The notes beneath the pieces are model-generated. The model worked only from the letters and a program-made list of their open reading frames with translations, was not told the origin of the DNA and did no database searches. From Hemiscyllium ocellatum (taxonomy: Eukaryota): a DNA stretch of 64,000 nucleotides. Positions 11,909 through 25,689 of the stretch are shown piece by piece. Location of the stretch: the NCBI RefSeq assembly GCF_020745735.1, contig NC_083427.1:2697438-2761437 (forward strand), given 5' to 3'. Numbering within the stretch: position 1 is the stretch's first letter; every line of letters begins with the position of its first letter. The translations under genes and the position numbers were made by a program.

Positions 11909-14509
11909 CTCCCATGTCATCGCTGTTGTCTGCCCTGAATGAATCCATTTTACTGACAAATGTTGAAATATGTGCTCCAGCCCCACATAGTTTCCTCTGT
12001 TTAAAGCCACAAACAAAAAGATTATGTTTTCTCCCAGAGTTTGCCACAAAGCAGGGCTTCAGTGTGAGCTGGAGTACTTGGGTACAAGTTCATACCCTGA
12101 ACAATTAGAGACATGTGCAGCCACCATCTTAACAGACTCTGCAAAGAACTATAAGATAAAGGAGTGGAAGTAGGCCATTCAGCCCGTCAAACTTGCTCCA
12201 ACATTCATAATGGCTAATGAATAATCCTCAACCTCATTTTCCTATCTTTCTCCATTAACCCTTCATTTCATTCCTGATTAAAAATCTGTCTTTCTTGACT
12301 ATGTAGTGAACCGGCTTCAACATCCCCATGTGGTTTAAGAGTCCAACAGATTCACTGAGAGAAAACAGACTTTCACATTTCTAGTGTGAATAGGCAACAC
12401 TTTGTTCAGAGATTATGCACCTTGCTGGGGAGGGATTGTAAAGAGAAGCCTTGAGTTCCATACTCAGCAGCACAAATCGAGCTTCTTACCAACACAGCAT
12501 GGGTTATGTCTCTAGGACCCTCTGACTCTCCCAGTCAACTACATTATATTTACACGTTACAACATTCATGTGCTACATTGACATCGGTGCTTGCCACACA
12601 CCCTCTGACCGACATATCCAATCCTGTGAATACATGATCAATGATGGACATCTTCATGAACAACCCTAGGCCCTCCCATTATCTTATGATGTTTGCCAGA
12701 CCCCTGTCACCTGTACTTGCGCTCTTACAATACATGTTATGGACCACATTCCAACACTAATTGTTCTATCCCATCCCAGATATTTGTCAGCTACATCATA
12801 TATTTGCTTGTTACAAATGACTTCTCAAATTCTGCAATTTATCATCAGTGCTGGCCTTAATACAGAAGGTTAGAAAGGACGTTAACTTCTACTAATTGTT
12901 ATAAAGTTGTAATGTCAGCTCTAATATAAAGTTACTCATAATACTACAATTCTGTGACAAAGCTGACAATTTTGGAGCAACTTCCCCTAACTCGACCTTG
13001 AAAAGTCAAACAAAGACAGTCTGTCTGTCTAGCAGCTGTCATTTACAACTTCTTATATTTGCACACTGTAAGATGGTTTCAACAGAAGTTTTAATACCAG
13101 GATGGCTTTTATTGTCAATATTTTAAATACTTTTCATCCTCATTCTCCTTACTAAGTAAGAAAGCATCTATTCAAATCCAATTGATAGCAACGAAATTCT
13201 ATCACTATTACAGTCATTAAAAAGAAGCTTATTTGGACTCTTTAAGGTTCTACGGGACATGACCTTTCTCTCACCCTTGTCTTACAATCTTTCTCTGTCA
13301 TCCTTCCTTTGTTCCAGCATCTGCAGCCCTCACTTTCTCCTCGAAGATTTTAACCTACTGCGAATCCTCTTGCAAGGATGCCTTCCTTGAAGAAGCTCTC
13401 TTCCTCCCTCTACAACCTTGGATGCTGCCTGACCTGCTGCGCTTTTCCAGCAACACATTTTTAGCTCTTTCAGCTGTCAGTCAGGTTGTGAGAGTTTATT
13501 TTCTCACGGTCATGATGACTCTGTCTCAGAATGGTTGCTGCCCTCCTTGTTAAGTTAATTGTCTCTTGGTACTCTTTCAGAGGTCCATCTTATTTATGCT
13601 TTCTTGTTGTTCTAATCTCCCTGGTAATTGAATGAAGGCACGTCTTTCCTGCCTGTAGCTATTTATTTAAAGGAAATTCACTTGAATCCCTTAATGTCAG
13701 TTCGTCAGTTGCATTGATCATTTCAACATACCCGTCTTAGTGTATTTAATATGTCATGACAATTGCGTGACAAGTCTCGATTATTGTGGTATAACTTTTC
13801 TACTAATCTGTACTAAATAACAAACTACAAACTAACTGGTACTAGGTGCTTATCAAGGTTGTCCGAGAGTGTTTATTGATACCAATCTCTGCATCCAAGG
13901 CTGATGACCTGCAGAAGTCTGCAATGTCTTTAACTTACATTTAAAACCACTGTTAGTGCACAAATGTATGGGTCGAGTCTGACATGCAATTATAATGATG
14001 TAACAGGCCTCATCGAAGGTGGGACAAGCTTTCCCTTTCCATTTCATATTGAAATAGGCAATTTCAAATCGGACAGTTTCCATGCTGTGAAGGCTATGAT
14101 TTGAGTCGTATTAAATTAGCTACAATTTTTTTTCAACCATCTTGTGTCAGCTAAACTAAAACAAACTCCGCAATACTCTTCGGAGGGTCGATGTGGACTT
14201 GTTGCGCCGAAAGGCCTGTTTCCACTGCGGGGATTCGAAAGAAAAACGGTCACCTCTCATTGTTCTGTAACACACTGAGTACAAGCCTAATCTACTTAAC
14301 CTCCCCTCATAAGAGTCCTTCCATACCTAGTAATAGCCTAATGAATGTTCTCTGGTCTGCCTGCAATGCGGTGTATCCTTTCTGAGATAAGGAGCCCAAA
14401 ACTGTTCACTGTATTCCATCAGTTCACTGACGAGTGCCTTCTGTTGTTTAAGCAATTCTCCCTAATTTTATACTCCATTTCCCTTTGAGATAAAGGCCAA
14501 TATTGTATT

Positions 14510-14596
14510 CCTGAGATGCTGCCTAACCTGCTGTGCTTTGACTAGCAACACATTTGCAGCTGTGATCTCCAGCATCTGCAGACCTCATTTTTTACT
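14510..14596 (+). mobile_element. PLE pLTR micro-insert inside a CR1 fragment
   Basis: 13-bp TSD CCAATATTGTATT (14497-14509 / 14597-14609). Confidence 0.8.
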
Positions 14597-14994
14597 CCAA
14601 TATTGTATTTGCCTTCCTAATACTTAGATGCTAGCTTTTTGTGATACCATGGATGTGGCGTCCCAATTTCATTGTTGTTCTACAGCTTTCTGCAGTCTTT
14701 TTCCATTTAAATAATATTCATTCTTCCTGCCAAAGTGCATAACATCACATTTCCCCACATTATATTCCAACTGCCCAAGGTTTTGTCCAGTCACATAACC
14801 TGTCCATATCCCTCTCCAGACTTCCTGTGTCAACCTTCACCTCTTGCCTTCTCACCTATCTCTGTAAACTTGGTTTACAGTTTCCTAATCAACATATTTA
14901 ATATATGCTATAAACAGTATCGTTCAGTGCTCTGATTTCTTCCCACAGTCCAAAGATGTTGATTGGAGATGTTTCCTCCCACAGTCCAAAAGAA

Positions 14995-15735
14995 TTTGAA
15001 TGCTGAATGCAAGGTTAAAGACATGATTCTTGGCAGTGTGGAGGAACAGCGGGATCTTAGGGTCTGTGTACATGGCTCCCTCAAAGTTGCCACCCAAGTT
15101 GATTGGGCAGTTAAGAAGGCGTAGGGTGTTTTGGCTTTTGTTAATGGGAGGATTGAGTTTAAGAGCTGAGAGGTTTTGCTACGGTTCTTTAAAACCCTGG
15201 TTAGACCACACTTGGAATGTTGTGTCCAGTTCTGGTCGCTTCATTATAGGAAGGATGTAGTTGCTTTAGAGAGGGTGCCGAGGAGATTTACCAGGATGCT
15301 GCCTGGATTGGAGGGCTTGTCTTATGAAGAGAGATTGAGTGAGCTAGGGCTTTCCACACTGGAGAGAAGAAGGAAGACAGGTGACTTGATAGAGGTGTAC
15401 AAGGTATTGAGAGGCATAGATAGAGTGGATAGCCAGAGACGGTTTCCCCAGGGCAGAAATGGCTGTCAAGAGGGGTCATAATTTTAAGGTGATTGCAGGA
15501 GGGTATAGGCGAGATGTCAGAGGTAGGTTCTTTACACAGAGTGTGGTGGGTGCATGGAATGCACTGTCAGTGGTGGTATTAGAGTCAGAGACATTAGGGA
15601 CATTTAAGCGACTGCTGGACAAGCACATGGATGGCAGTGAATTGAGGGGCATGTAGGTTAGGTTGGTCTTAGATTCAGATAAATGTTCGGCACAACATCA
15701 AGGGCCAAAGGTCCTGTGCTGTACTCTTCTATGTG
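14995..15735 (+). mobile_element. CR1 LINE 3' end
   Basis: ORFs 15176-15481 and 15459-15656 (LVRPHLECCVQFWS). Confidence 0.85.
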
Positions 15736-16189
15736 CAGGTTAGGTGGTTTGTCCATGCCAAATTGCCCATAGCCCAGGGATGTGCAGACTGCATAGAATC
15801 CCTGCAGTGTGGAAACAGGCCCTTTGGCCTAACAAGTCCTCACCGACCCTCCGAAGAGTAACCCAACCAGATCCCTACCTTATATTCACGCCTGACTGAT
15901 GTACGTAACCTACACATCCTTGAATACTATGGGCAATTTAGCGCGGCCAATTCGCAGCCCCTCCATGGGAATTGCAGGGTGACGGGGCTGGGTAGGATGC
16001 TGTATGGAGGGGCGGTGTGCACTCAACGGGCTGAGTGGCCTCCCTCCACACCGCAGGGACTCTGTGATTCTAAGAAAGCTCCTCGCTGTCATTGCCGCTG
16101 AGGATTGAGAAGCCGGGACAGGGGGAGCACTTCGAAAGGAATGAAGCTGTGGTACGACATATTAAACAGACTCGCCACAGCACATTTTT

Positions 16190-17066
16190 GAGATTAGATC
16201 CCCTGCAGTGTGGAAACAGGCCCTTCCGCCTGTTAGGACGGAATTTGTCCAAGCGTGTTCTTTTAAGAAGTGACCACACTTACCCAATTATTTGATATAA
16301 AGCAGGTACGTTTATTTAGCTGCAGAAACTTAGCTGTTACAGCGAAGCACGAAAGATCGAGTGGTTCGCTGGAGAAAATGTACAAGTTCTGAAAATCTAT
16401 CGATAAGTTCCGTTAGTTATACTATTTTCTAATCTCAATTCATGCAACGTGATCTTTCACAAACAAAAGCCTTCTTCAAAATGGTATAATTTGCAAACAA
16501 AGGTTCTATGTATTCTGGAAACATTTTTACAAAGGCTTTACATATATTTGAGACATTCTGTATCACAGACACAAAGAATTACTATATGTTCGAAACATTT
16601 TCCTAGTCTTATTATCACATAGTTTACCTTAATCTAATCGTTTAGTTTAGATGTTCTCTCATTTGAACATCAGCTTTGTTATTTGTTATGGCAATAATCC
16701 CAGAATTAAAAATTACCTTGGTCATCATTTTAAACTATAGGTTCACAGCACCCCCAATGTCCTAAGAAGTAACTACATCTCTATCCTACCTAACACGCCC
16801 AACAAGTCCACGCCAATCATCCGAAGAGTAGCCCACCCAGACCCATTTTCACCTGACTAATGCAACTAACACTATGGGCAATTTAGCATGTCCAATACAC
16901 CCAATCCTGCACATCTTTGGACCGTGGGAGGAAACCAGAGCACCTAGAGGAAACCCCTGCAGACACGGGGAGAATGTGCAAACTCCACACAGACAGTCAC
17001 CCAAGGCTGGAATCGAACCTGGATCACTGGTGCTGTGAGGCATCTGTGCTAATCACAGAGCTGCTA
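16190..17066 (-). mobile_element. HE1-type tRNA-derived V-SINE split by a solo LTR
   Basis: HE1 tail at 16190-16230; the SINE resumes at 16796. Confidence 0.8.
16231..16795 (-). mobile_element. Solo LTR (ERV or Gypsy), 565 bp
   Basis: Perfect TGTTAGG...CCTAACA termini, 4-bp TSD CGCC, minus-strand AATAAA at ~16311. Confidence 0.88.
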
Positions 17067-17259
17067 AACTTTTTTTAATTTTAGTATTTGGTAGCAGTTG
17101 CTGGTATCTTGAAGCAAGGTTTGGAAGGTGCAGTACATGTCTGTCTTTCTCTCTCTCTCTCCATCAAGGGAGTGTTTATGGGAATTTATTATATTGGAAT
17201 AGTTCATATTTAGTAGGAAAATAATCTATTATTCTGTTAAGTTTTCATATAGAGTTACG

Positions 17260-18555
17260 TTGAAAGGGTTCAGAAAAAATTTACAAGAATTTTGCCAGGG
17301 TTGGAGGGTTTGAACTATAGGGAGAGGCTGAATAGGCTGGGACTATTTTCTCTGGAGTGTGGGAGGCTGAGGGGTGACCTTATAGAGTTTATAAAATCAC
17401 GAGAGGCAGAGACAGGTTCAATAGACAAGGTTTTTTTTCCCTGGGTTGGGGAGTCCAGAACTAGACGGCATCGGTTTAGAGTGAAAGGGGAAAGATATAA
17501 AAAGGACCTAAGGGGCAACACTTTCACACAGAGGGTGGTACATGTATGGAATGAGCTGCCAGAGGAAGTGATGGAGGCTGGTACAATTGCAACATTTAAA
17601 AGGCATTTGAATGAATATGTGAATAGGAAGAGTTTGGAGGGATATGGGCCAAGTGCTGGCAAATAGAACTAGATTGGGTTAGGATATCTAGTTGGCATGG
17701 GAATGCTTTAGTTGTGGAAAGATGTTGAATAAATACAAACTTAGAAAGGATAGAAAATACAAGGATCGGAAAAGAATGAAGGAAATCAAAGGGAGGGCAT
17801 GAAAAGAAACATTAACAAGCAAGATAAAGAAAAACCCAAAATGTTTTACCAGTATATAAAGAGCAAAAGAATAGTTAAAGAAAAGATGGGACCTATCAGA
17901 GATGAATGGGTGAGCTTGCGTAATGATGCTAGGCATCTAGGAAGAATTTTAAATAAACATTTTGTCATTGTATTCATAAAGGAAAGGGATACTACAAGAG
18001 GAGCAGTCTGAAATATTGAGGAAAATAATTGTAATGAGAGAGGAAGTGTTAGGGGATTTGGAATCCTTGAAAGTGGATAAGTTGCCAGGACCAGATGGAT
18101 GTTGAAGGAGGTCAGGGAGGAAATAGCACCCGCTCTGAAGATTGTTTTCCAACCTTCACTGGATACAGGTGAGGTGCCAGAGGACTGGAGGAAAGCAAAT
18201 GTGGTTTCGTTGTTTAAAAAGAGTACAAAGGAAATGCCAAATAATTACTTTGGTGATGGGCAAATTGTTAGAATCAATGCTGAGAGATTGGATAAATAGT
18301 CACTGAGAAAGACGTGGACTAGTCAGCAGTAGCCAGCTTTCCTTTGTTGAGGGAAGGTCATGCCTTTCGAATTTGATTGAATTTTTTGAGGAACTGACAA
18401 GGTGGGGTTGATGAAGGTAGTGCAATGGATGTTGTCTGAGTGGATCTTAGTAAGACAAAGTCTCACATGGCAGACAGTCATGTGAAATCCCATAGGATAC
18501 CAAGTAATGTATTAAATTGGATCCAAAGTTGGTTTAGTAACAGGAAACAAAGACT
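17260..18555 (+). mobile_element. Two CR1 LINE fragments
   Basis: ORF 17292-17666 (CR1 C-terminus) and decayed RT motifs (VPEDWRKANV). Confidence 0.8.
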
Positions 18556-19145
18556 TGTTGAATTTCAGTTTCTGATCTCCAGCATCTCCAGCATACCTTG
18601 GGTTCTTTTTTGTTATTTAGTGCTAAAGAAATACAAATTGTTGTCAATCTAGACAGGTATCAATGTTCTTCCATTGCTGGAGGAATGATCTGTAAGTTTT
18701 GACTCAATAGGAGCACCTACACCACAGCGACACAACAGTGGTTCAACAAACACAAATATAGTCATCTCCACAGGTGCCTGGGGATCGGCAACATATTACT
18801 GGCTGTAGAGATATACATCACGGAAACAGACCTTTCGGGCCAAAGAGTCTGCCAATTGGATGTCCTAACCTAATCTAGTCCCATTTGCCAGCACTTGACC
18901 CATATCCCTCTAAATCCTAGGTATTCCTATCCCCATCCAGATACCTTTTAAATGTAATTGTACCAGCCTCCACCACTTCCTCTGGCAGCTCATTCCAGAC
19001 ATGCACCACCCTCTGTGTGGAAAAAGTTGCCCCTTAGCTTCCTTTTAAAATTTTCCCCTCTCACCCAAAACCTGTGCCCTCTAGTTCTGGACATCCCCAC
19101 CCTAGAGAAAAGACCTTGTCTATTGACCATATCCATGCCCTTTAT

Positions 19146-19294
19146 TAAAAATAACACAATGCCAGCTTATAGTCCAATAGGTTCAATTGGAAGCACGAGC
19201 TCTTGAAAGCGCGTGCTCCCAACTAAACCAGTTGGACTATAGCCTGGTGTTGTGTGGTTTCTTTTGGCTTTGTTCAACACGGACATCTCCAAAT
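19146..19294. mobile_element. Palindromic PLE mini-insert (second family) in a minus-strand CR1
   Basis: 12-bp TSD CATGCCCTTTAT (19134-19145 / 19295-19306) and inverted TATAGTCCAA / TTGGACTATA arms. Confidence 0.8.
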
Positions 19295-19494
19295 CATGCC
19301 CTTTATGATTTTATGAACCTCAGCCTATTCAGCCTCTCCCTGTAGCTCAAATCCTCCAACCCTGACAACATCATGGTAAATCTTTTCTCATTAGAAGTGC
19401 TCAGACCCCAAAACTCAATTGCTGAAATCCACCCACCCACACAAACTGGAAACCAGCCCCAATCCCCAGTGTCCTCTATCTACAGAAGAGCAGG

Positions 19495-19825
19495 GGGGGG
19501 GCAGTGCGCAGGCGCGCACGGAGCATGCGCAGAGTGGGTCATGGCGAGGAACGGACGTCTCTTTTTTCGGACGCGGGAACGGTGAGGCTCAGGCCGGGAT
19601 CGAGAGAGCCGAGGTCGAAGGGGCGGACAAGCTTCGTGAAGACCGTACGTCAATCGCAAATCCCGAATAAGAAGCTCCGTCACCGTCGTATGCGCCAAAC
19701 GGCGCGACAAGTCCAGGCTTCATCCTCCGTAATAGGCCCCGGGGGAAACCGCCATCTTTGTTCGGGGCACTGGGCGATGGGGCGCAAGTTGTGCGGCCAT
19801 TTTTGTTGGGGGCAATGTTTGGACT
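19495..19825 (+). promoter_or_regulatory. CpG-island promoter and first exon of ZNF-B
   Basis: TGCGCAGGCGCG and GCATGCGCA (NRF1-like), donor G|GTGAGG at 19582, tandem YY1-like GCCATNTT at 19751 and 19796. Confidence 0.78.
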
Positions 19826-19855
19826 ACAGTAATAGGAAATGTCGAGCTTGCTGTA

Positions 19856-20192
19856 GGAATCATAGAATCCCTCGTGTGGAAACAGGGTGTTCGGCCCAAC
19901 AATTCCACACCGACCTCCAAAGTAACATACCCAGACTCATTACTTTACATATACCCCTGACTAATGCACCTAATCAACACACCCCGAACACTATGGTCAA
20001 TTTAGCATAGCCTATCCACCCTAACCTGCACATCTTTGGAGTGTGGGAGCAAACCGGAGCACCCAGAGGAAACCCACACGGACACGGGGAGAATGTGCAA
20101 ACTCCGCACAGACAGTCGCCCAAGGCTGGAATCAAACCCGCGTCCCTGGCGCTGTGAGGCAGCAGTGCTAACCGCAGAGCCACCGTGCCACC
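19856..20192 (-). mobile_element. HE1-type V-SINE
   Basis: tRNA-like head (GGCACGGTGGCTC..GGTTAGCA) and conserved core (GTGTGGAGTTTGCAC...GGTTTCCTC). About 20 further full or partial copies occur, e.g. 25330, 26255, 28414, 36035, 42560, 43210, 52727, 57609, 61333. Confidence 0.85.
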
Positions 20193-20209
20193 CACTATGT
20201 AGACAAGTT

Positions 20210-21015
20210 GTCATAGGGTCATACAACACAGAAACAGACCCTGTGGTCCATCTCGTCAATGCCGACAAAGTTTCCCAAAATAAACACAGTCCCACTTGTC
20301 TGCATTTGGCCCATGTCCCTCCAAACCTTTCCTACTCATGCACCTGTCCAAATGTCTTTGAAATGTCGTAACTGTACCTGCAGCCACCACCACCTCTAGC
20401 AGTTCATTCCACATACATACCATCTCTGCATGAAAAGGTTGCCTCTCAGGTCCTTTTTAAGTTTTTCCCCTCTTAGCTTAAATGTATGCTTCTGCACTTT
20501 GAACTCCCCCACCCTGAGAAAAAGAGCTGAGCTATTCACCCTATCCATGCCCCTCATGATTTTATAAGCCTCAATAAAGTCACCCCTCAGCCTCTGACAC
20601 CGTAGGGAAGAAAGCCCCAGCCTATTCAACCTCTCCTTATAACTCAAAACCACCAATCCCAGCAACATCCTTCTAAATTGTTTCCACACTGTCTCAAGTG
20701 TAATAACATCTTTCCTACAGAACAGTATGCAGTATTCTAAAATGGTCTCATCAACAACTTGTACAGCTACATCATGACATCCCAACTCCTGTACTCAGTG
20801 TTCCCACCAATGAAGGTGCATGTGCCCAACACCTCCTTCGCCACACTGTCTCTCTGCAACACCACTTCAAGGAACAATGCGGCTGCACCCCGAGGTCTAT
20901 TTGTTCAGAAACACTCACTAGGTCCCGACCATTAATTGTATAAGTCCTACCCTGGTTTGCATAACCAAAATGCAACACCTCACATTTTGATAAATTAAAC
21001 TCCAGCTGCCATTGT
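20210..21015 (-). mobile_element. CR1 LINE 3' fragment
   Basis: ORFs 20396-20785 and 20772-21059 are CR1-like. Confidence 0.8.
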
Positions 21016-21358
21016 AACCTGGTCTTTCTAGGACGTGAAGGTTTGGGAGATTCTGTCAAAGTTCTGGTTAACTTGGAGGTAATATGAAATACCTCCCAGC
21101 CTTTCCCAATTCTCTCTGCCTTCTCCCATTGAGACTAGAGACTTCTGTTGCTGCAGGCTGGGTGACAGGTTTACCTTCTGTGGTGCACATCAGTTGGGCC
21201 TTGTTCCAACTTAACAATTTTGGTCGCTTTTGTGGATGTTCTCTCACACCCTATTTTCTGTTTTAAATCAATTTGCAGGGTATTATAAGAGGCAGATTTG
21301 TATTCGGGAAACTGAAACTAAACAGTTTGTTGTAACCTGAAAATCGTCAGATTTGGAA

Positions 21359-22321
21359 ATGGAAGGAAAAATTACCCTTCACAGTGGAGAGAAATCTTAC
21401 ACGTGTTCTGTGTGTGGACGAGGCTTTAACCAGTCATCTGGCCTGTCAGGACATAAATGGAGTCACCGTGGGGAGAAACCATGGAAGTGTGCGGACTGTG
21501 GGAAGGGATTCATTTCCCCATCGAGGCTGGAAGCTCATCGACGCATCCACACCGGGGAGAGACCATTCACTTGTACTGAGTGTGGGAAGGGATTCACTCA
21601 GTTGTCCCACCTGCTGTCACACCAGCGAATTCACACTGGGGAGAGGCCATTCAGCTGCTCCAAGTGTGGGAAGGGATTCACTCAGTCAACCCACCTGCTG
21701 ACACACCAGCGAGTCCACACCGGGGAGAGGCTGTTCACCTGCTCCAAGTGTGGGAAGGGGTTCACAGCCTCGTCTATCCTGCTGAGACACCAGCGGGTTC
21801 ACTCTGACGAGCGACCTTATAAGTGTCCAGACTGCGGGAAGTGCTACAAAAGCTCTGAGGAATTGATGTCCCATCAACGTGTTCACACTGATGAGAGACC
21901 GTTCAGATGCTCTCACTGCGGGACAGGATTCAGGTTATCATCACATCTCACTGTCCATCAGCGAGTTCACACTGGGGAGAGGCTGTTCACCTGCTCTGAG
22001 TGTGGAAGGGGATTCAGTGAATCATCTACCCTTCTGAGACACCAGCTTGTTCACACCGACGAGAGATTGTTTAAATGCCCAGACTGCGGCAAGTGCTACA
22101 AAAGCTCTGGAGACCTGATGTCCCATCAACGCATTCACACTGACGAGAGGCCGTTCAGATGCTCTCACTGTGGAACTGGGTTCAAGCACTCATCTCACCT
22201 CACTGTCCACCAGCGAATTCACAGCGGGGAGAGACCATTCACTTGTTCACAGTGTGGGAAGGGATTCACTCAGTCAGCTCATCTGTTAAGACACCAGCAA
22301 GTTCACAAGCAATTACAGTGA
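21359..22321 (+). CDS. C2H2 zinc-finger protein (ZNF-B), 11 fingers, no effector domain
   Basis: In-frame ATG at 21359, 11 C2H2 units, acceptor TTTGCAG| at 21278. Confidence 0.92.
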   Translation: MEGKITLHSGEKSYTCSVCGRGFNQSSGLSGHKWSHRGEKPWKCADCGKGFISPSRLEAHRRIHTGERPFTCTECGKGFTQLSHLLSHQRIHTGERPFSCSKCGKGFTQSTHLLTHQRVHTGERLFTCSKCGKGFTASSILLRHQRVHSDERPYKCPDCGKCYKSSEELMSHQRVHTDERPFRCSHCGTGFRLSSHLTVHQRVHTGERLFTCSECGRGFSESSTLLRHQLVHTDERLFKCPDCGKCYKSSGDLMSHQRIHTDERPFRCSHCGTGFKHSSHLTVHQRIHSGERPFTCSQCGKGFTQSAHLLRHQQVHKQLQ

Positions 22322-23268
22322 TTGGATTTGGTTTTTAATTCCGACACTAGAAGCATTGATAACTGATAAAGAGAGAGTATTGGATAGTCTGTCTGTCCTT
22401 AAAGTTAGCAAGCCACTGGCTTATTATGATGGAACCAAAGATACTGAAGGAAGTGAGAGTGGTGTCAGTGAATTCCAGACGCCATGTCCTTATTTAAACA
22501 GATGGTGTAAAAAGAAGCCCACCAACTGCAGGTCAGTTGGCGAAACTTCAGTGGTTCGGAAATTGCAAGGAACAATTCAGGTCAAAATTAACAGTCATGT
22601 GGACAATCACGGAGGGGAGTTACCATAGCTCTTATAAGGGAAAGCCCCATTTTAACAAACATATTGGAGTCCTTTCACAGAAGTTATGGAGAAAGCTGAT
22701 CACAGCAATGCAACTAATGCATGTGGACTTCCAGAAGGCATATGAGACAGGGAAATACACCAGAGCAAAGTTGGAGCTAATGGCATAAAAGGGATAGTAG
22801 CAACATAGATACAGGAAACTCAGAGTTGTAGGTAGCGCCTTTTTTCTGGAATATGGACAGGTTTGTAGTGGAGGTCCCACACATTTAGATTATTTACTTT
22901 TCCTAACATATGTTGTCATATTTAAAAGCAATTTTCGTACATGTTTATCTCCTTTTATGTATCTATTTAGTGAATATTTTAATATACATTAAACAGATGA
23001 AAAAAGATAGCTGTGATAACCACGTGTCTGGACTTAGCAATAAACATTTGGAAATATCTTCAAAGGCTGAAGGACAATCAGCATCACATGAACCTCCGCA
23101 TCAGATCCAAATATTAAAATATTCTGTGATAAACTGCCACAGAGTCAGATTGTCTCCGATGTAAACCTCAACACAGGAGAATTACAAGTTATTCCTTTCT
23201 TGGAAGGGAATACATGAATCTCATTGCTTAGTTTCTGAGATGGCCCATAGCCAGTTGTCTGTCTGCAA

Positions 23269-23466
23269 TGATGTGGAGGTGCCAGTGTTGGACTGGGGTG
23301 GACAAAGTTAGAAGTCACACAATACCAGGTTATAGTCCAACAGGTTTATTTGAAATCACAAGCTTTCGGAGCACTGGTCCTTTGTCAGGCGAAGTCATGA
23401 TACTGACATGAAGTGATTTCAAGTAAACCTGTTGGACTACAACCTGGTGTTGTGTGACTTCTGACT
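23269..23466. mobile_element. Palindromic PLE mini-insert (second family) with degenerate minus-strand hammerhead
   Basis: Inverted arms; TSD TTGTCT(G/A)TCTGCAA. Minus strand reads CTGACAA-A-GGAC..CTCC-GAAAGCT. Confidence 0.8.
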
Positions 23467-24307
23467 TTGTCTATCTGCAAAGCATGATTGAATCTTGCAT
23501 TTAACAGTTTTCAAGCACACCACCTCCCACATGCAGAAGCCGGGTCACACGACACTCAGTGCTGCATTTGACTAATGTTTAACAATCAGTCAAGGGGTCA
23601 GTTTTGCTTCATAACAATTTCAAAACCCATAACTGCTAAGTGGTTGGTGGGAGTGGCCTGTACAAAGCAGCAAAGTACAGCAATTTAGTGTCCTCTGCAA
23701 GGAATCAATGTCCTTTCCTTAAAACAGTGAAGTAGAAATTAGATTCCTGCAACACTCTTGAGATGACTTTCAAAGAAACATCAAAAGAAGAATGTGTCCA
23801 CAACTCCTGAATTACTGCCAAGCCAATAAACCAAGCCCACAAAGGAATTCCAGGCTGCTAACTTCAGCTGTTTTATATTGTTGGACATTGTTAACTTGGT
23901 ATCACTTGGTTGTTTTTATACTACTGTGATTGCTAGATTAACATTCTGTTATCCTTTTCAATTTGTATCCCCCCGTGCAATTTTGCGAGCTTGCCCGTGT
24001 CACAAAGTAACCCTCCCACCAAGTCTGAAAATATGTCAAATACACTCTATTTCTGATGTAACGTTTACAATGATGTTGTTGCGGCTCTTACAAAGTCACA
24101 GTCTGTAAACAAAGGCCGTGGAGAAATACAGTCAAAATTCTTTCACTCTTTTATTAAACGACCTGCATTGACAGCTAGTGAAGACACGGAGAGAGATTAG
24201 TTTTAAAACTTGTAATTCGCTATAACATCAGTAAAATCAGTCGACAAAAGTCGTCATTGTCTCAATCCAAAATAAAAATCATTTCGGTTTGACTGTGTTA
24301 CACTGGT

Positions 24308-24542
24308 GTCGAGATTAGAGTGGTGCTGGAAAAGCACAGCAGGTCAGGCAGCATCCGGGGAGCAGGAAAATCAATGTTTCGGGCAAAAGCCCTTCATTAG
24401 GAATGAGCTAATTCTTGATGAAGGGATTTTGCCCGAAATGTCAATTTTCCTGATCCTCGGATGCTGCCTGACCTGCTGTGCTTTTCCAGCACCACTCCTA
24501 TCTTGACTCTAATCTCCAGCATCTGCACAACCCACTTCTGCC
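24308..24542. mobile_element. Palindromic PLE pLTR insert with two back-to-back degenerate hammerheads
   Basis: About 90-bp inverted arms centred near 24408; GGGC..GCCCGAAA-like cores on both strands. Confidence 0.85.
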
Positions 24543-25689
24543 TGATATAGGCGGTTAGTCTGATCAGTTAGGGCTGCAACAGTGGTATCTTCCTGACAAT
24601 GTGGACAATTGCCTAGGCAAATTTGCCTGATCAGTCCAGCTCTACTCATCAGCGAACTGTTGCAAGTCTTAACTAAGAAATAGCACTTACGCAGCAGTAA
24701 CCTGCTTCCCAGTTTGGGTTTTGGCGAGGCCCAATACAGCCTTGGTCAAAAGGCAATCTTTTGTGATGGTCAAAAGAGATGAACTCAAAAGATGAAATGT
24801 GAGTGACTGCTCTTAGCATCAAGGCAGCAACTCTCCTAAGGGGCTGGCATTAACTGCATACTTTTCTCATGCATCACCTCACACTTGTCTGGATTAAAAT
24901 CCATCAGCCATTTCCCTGCCCAACTTTCCAATTGATCTATATCCCGCTGTATCTTTGATAACCTACCTCACTATCCACAACTCCAGCCAATTTCATGTCA
25001 TCTGCAAACCAACTAGTCAAATCACCTACATTTTCATCCAAATCATTTATCTACATATATATTGCAAGCAACAGAGCTCCCTGCACTGATGCTTGTGGAA
25101 TACAACTGATCACAAATCTCAGGCAGAAAATAGCTGTCCACAACTACCCTCTGGCTTCTATGATCAAACCAATTTTGTACCAATTTACCAACTTACTACG
25201 GATCCCATGTAGCTTTATCTTCTGGACCTGCCCACCTTGAGGATCTTGTCAAATGCTTTCAAAATGTCCATGTCAACAACATCCATTGCCCTACCCTGAT
25301 CAATCATATTTGCCACTTCCTCAAAAAGCTCAGTGGTTAGCAGTGTTTCCTCACAGTGCCTGTGACCCAGGTTTGCTTCCACCGTTGGACTGGAGGTTGG
25401 AGTTTGCGTGGAGTCACCTCCCACAGTCCAAAGATGTGCAAGTCAAGTGGATTGGACCAGGCTAAATTGCCTGTGGTGTCCTGGGATGTGCGGGCAAGGT
25501 GCACTAGTCTTGGAGAAGGGCTGGATTGCAGGGTCGGGGGAAAGGAGGGGTGGATCTGGGTGGGACACACTTCGGGCGGTCGGCGTGGACATGATGGACC
25601 GAACAGCCTGCTTCCGCACTGTCGGGGTTCATAATGGAAGGTCTACGTTGTCTGTGTCATTTTTTTTTGATTTGGCGTTGCTAAGTAAG

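Noticed and set aside
19856-20192. tRNA-like sequences (many copies)
   Set aside because: They are SINE heads continuing into the HE1 core and tail, with no complete cloverleaf.
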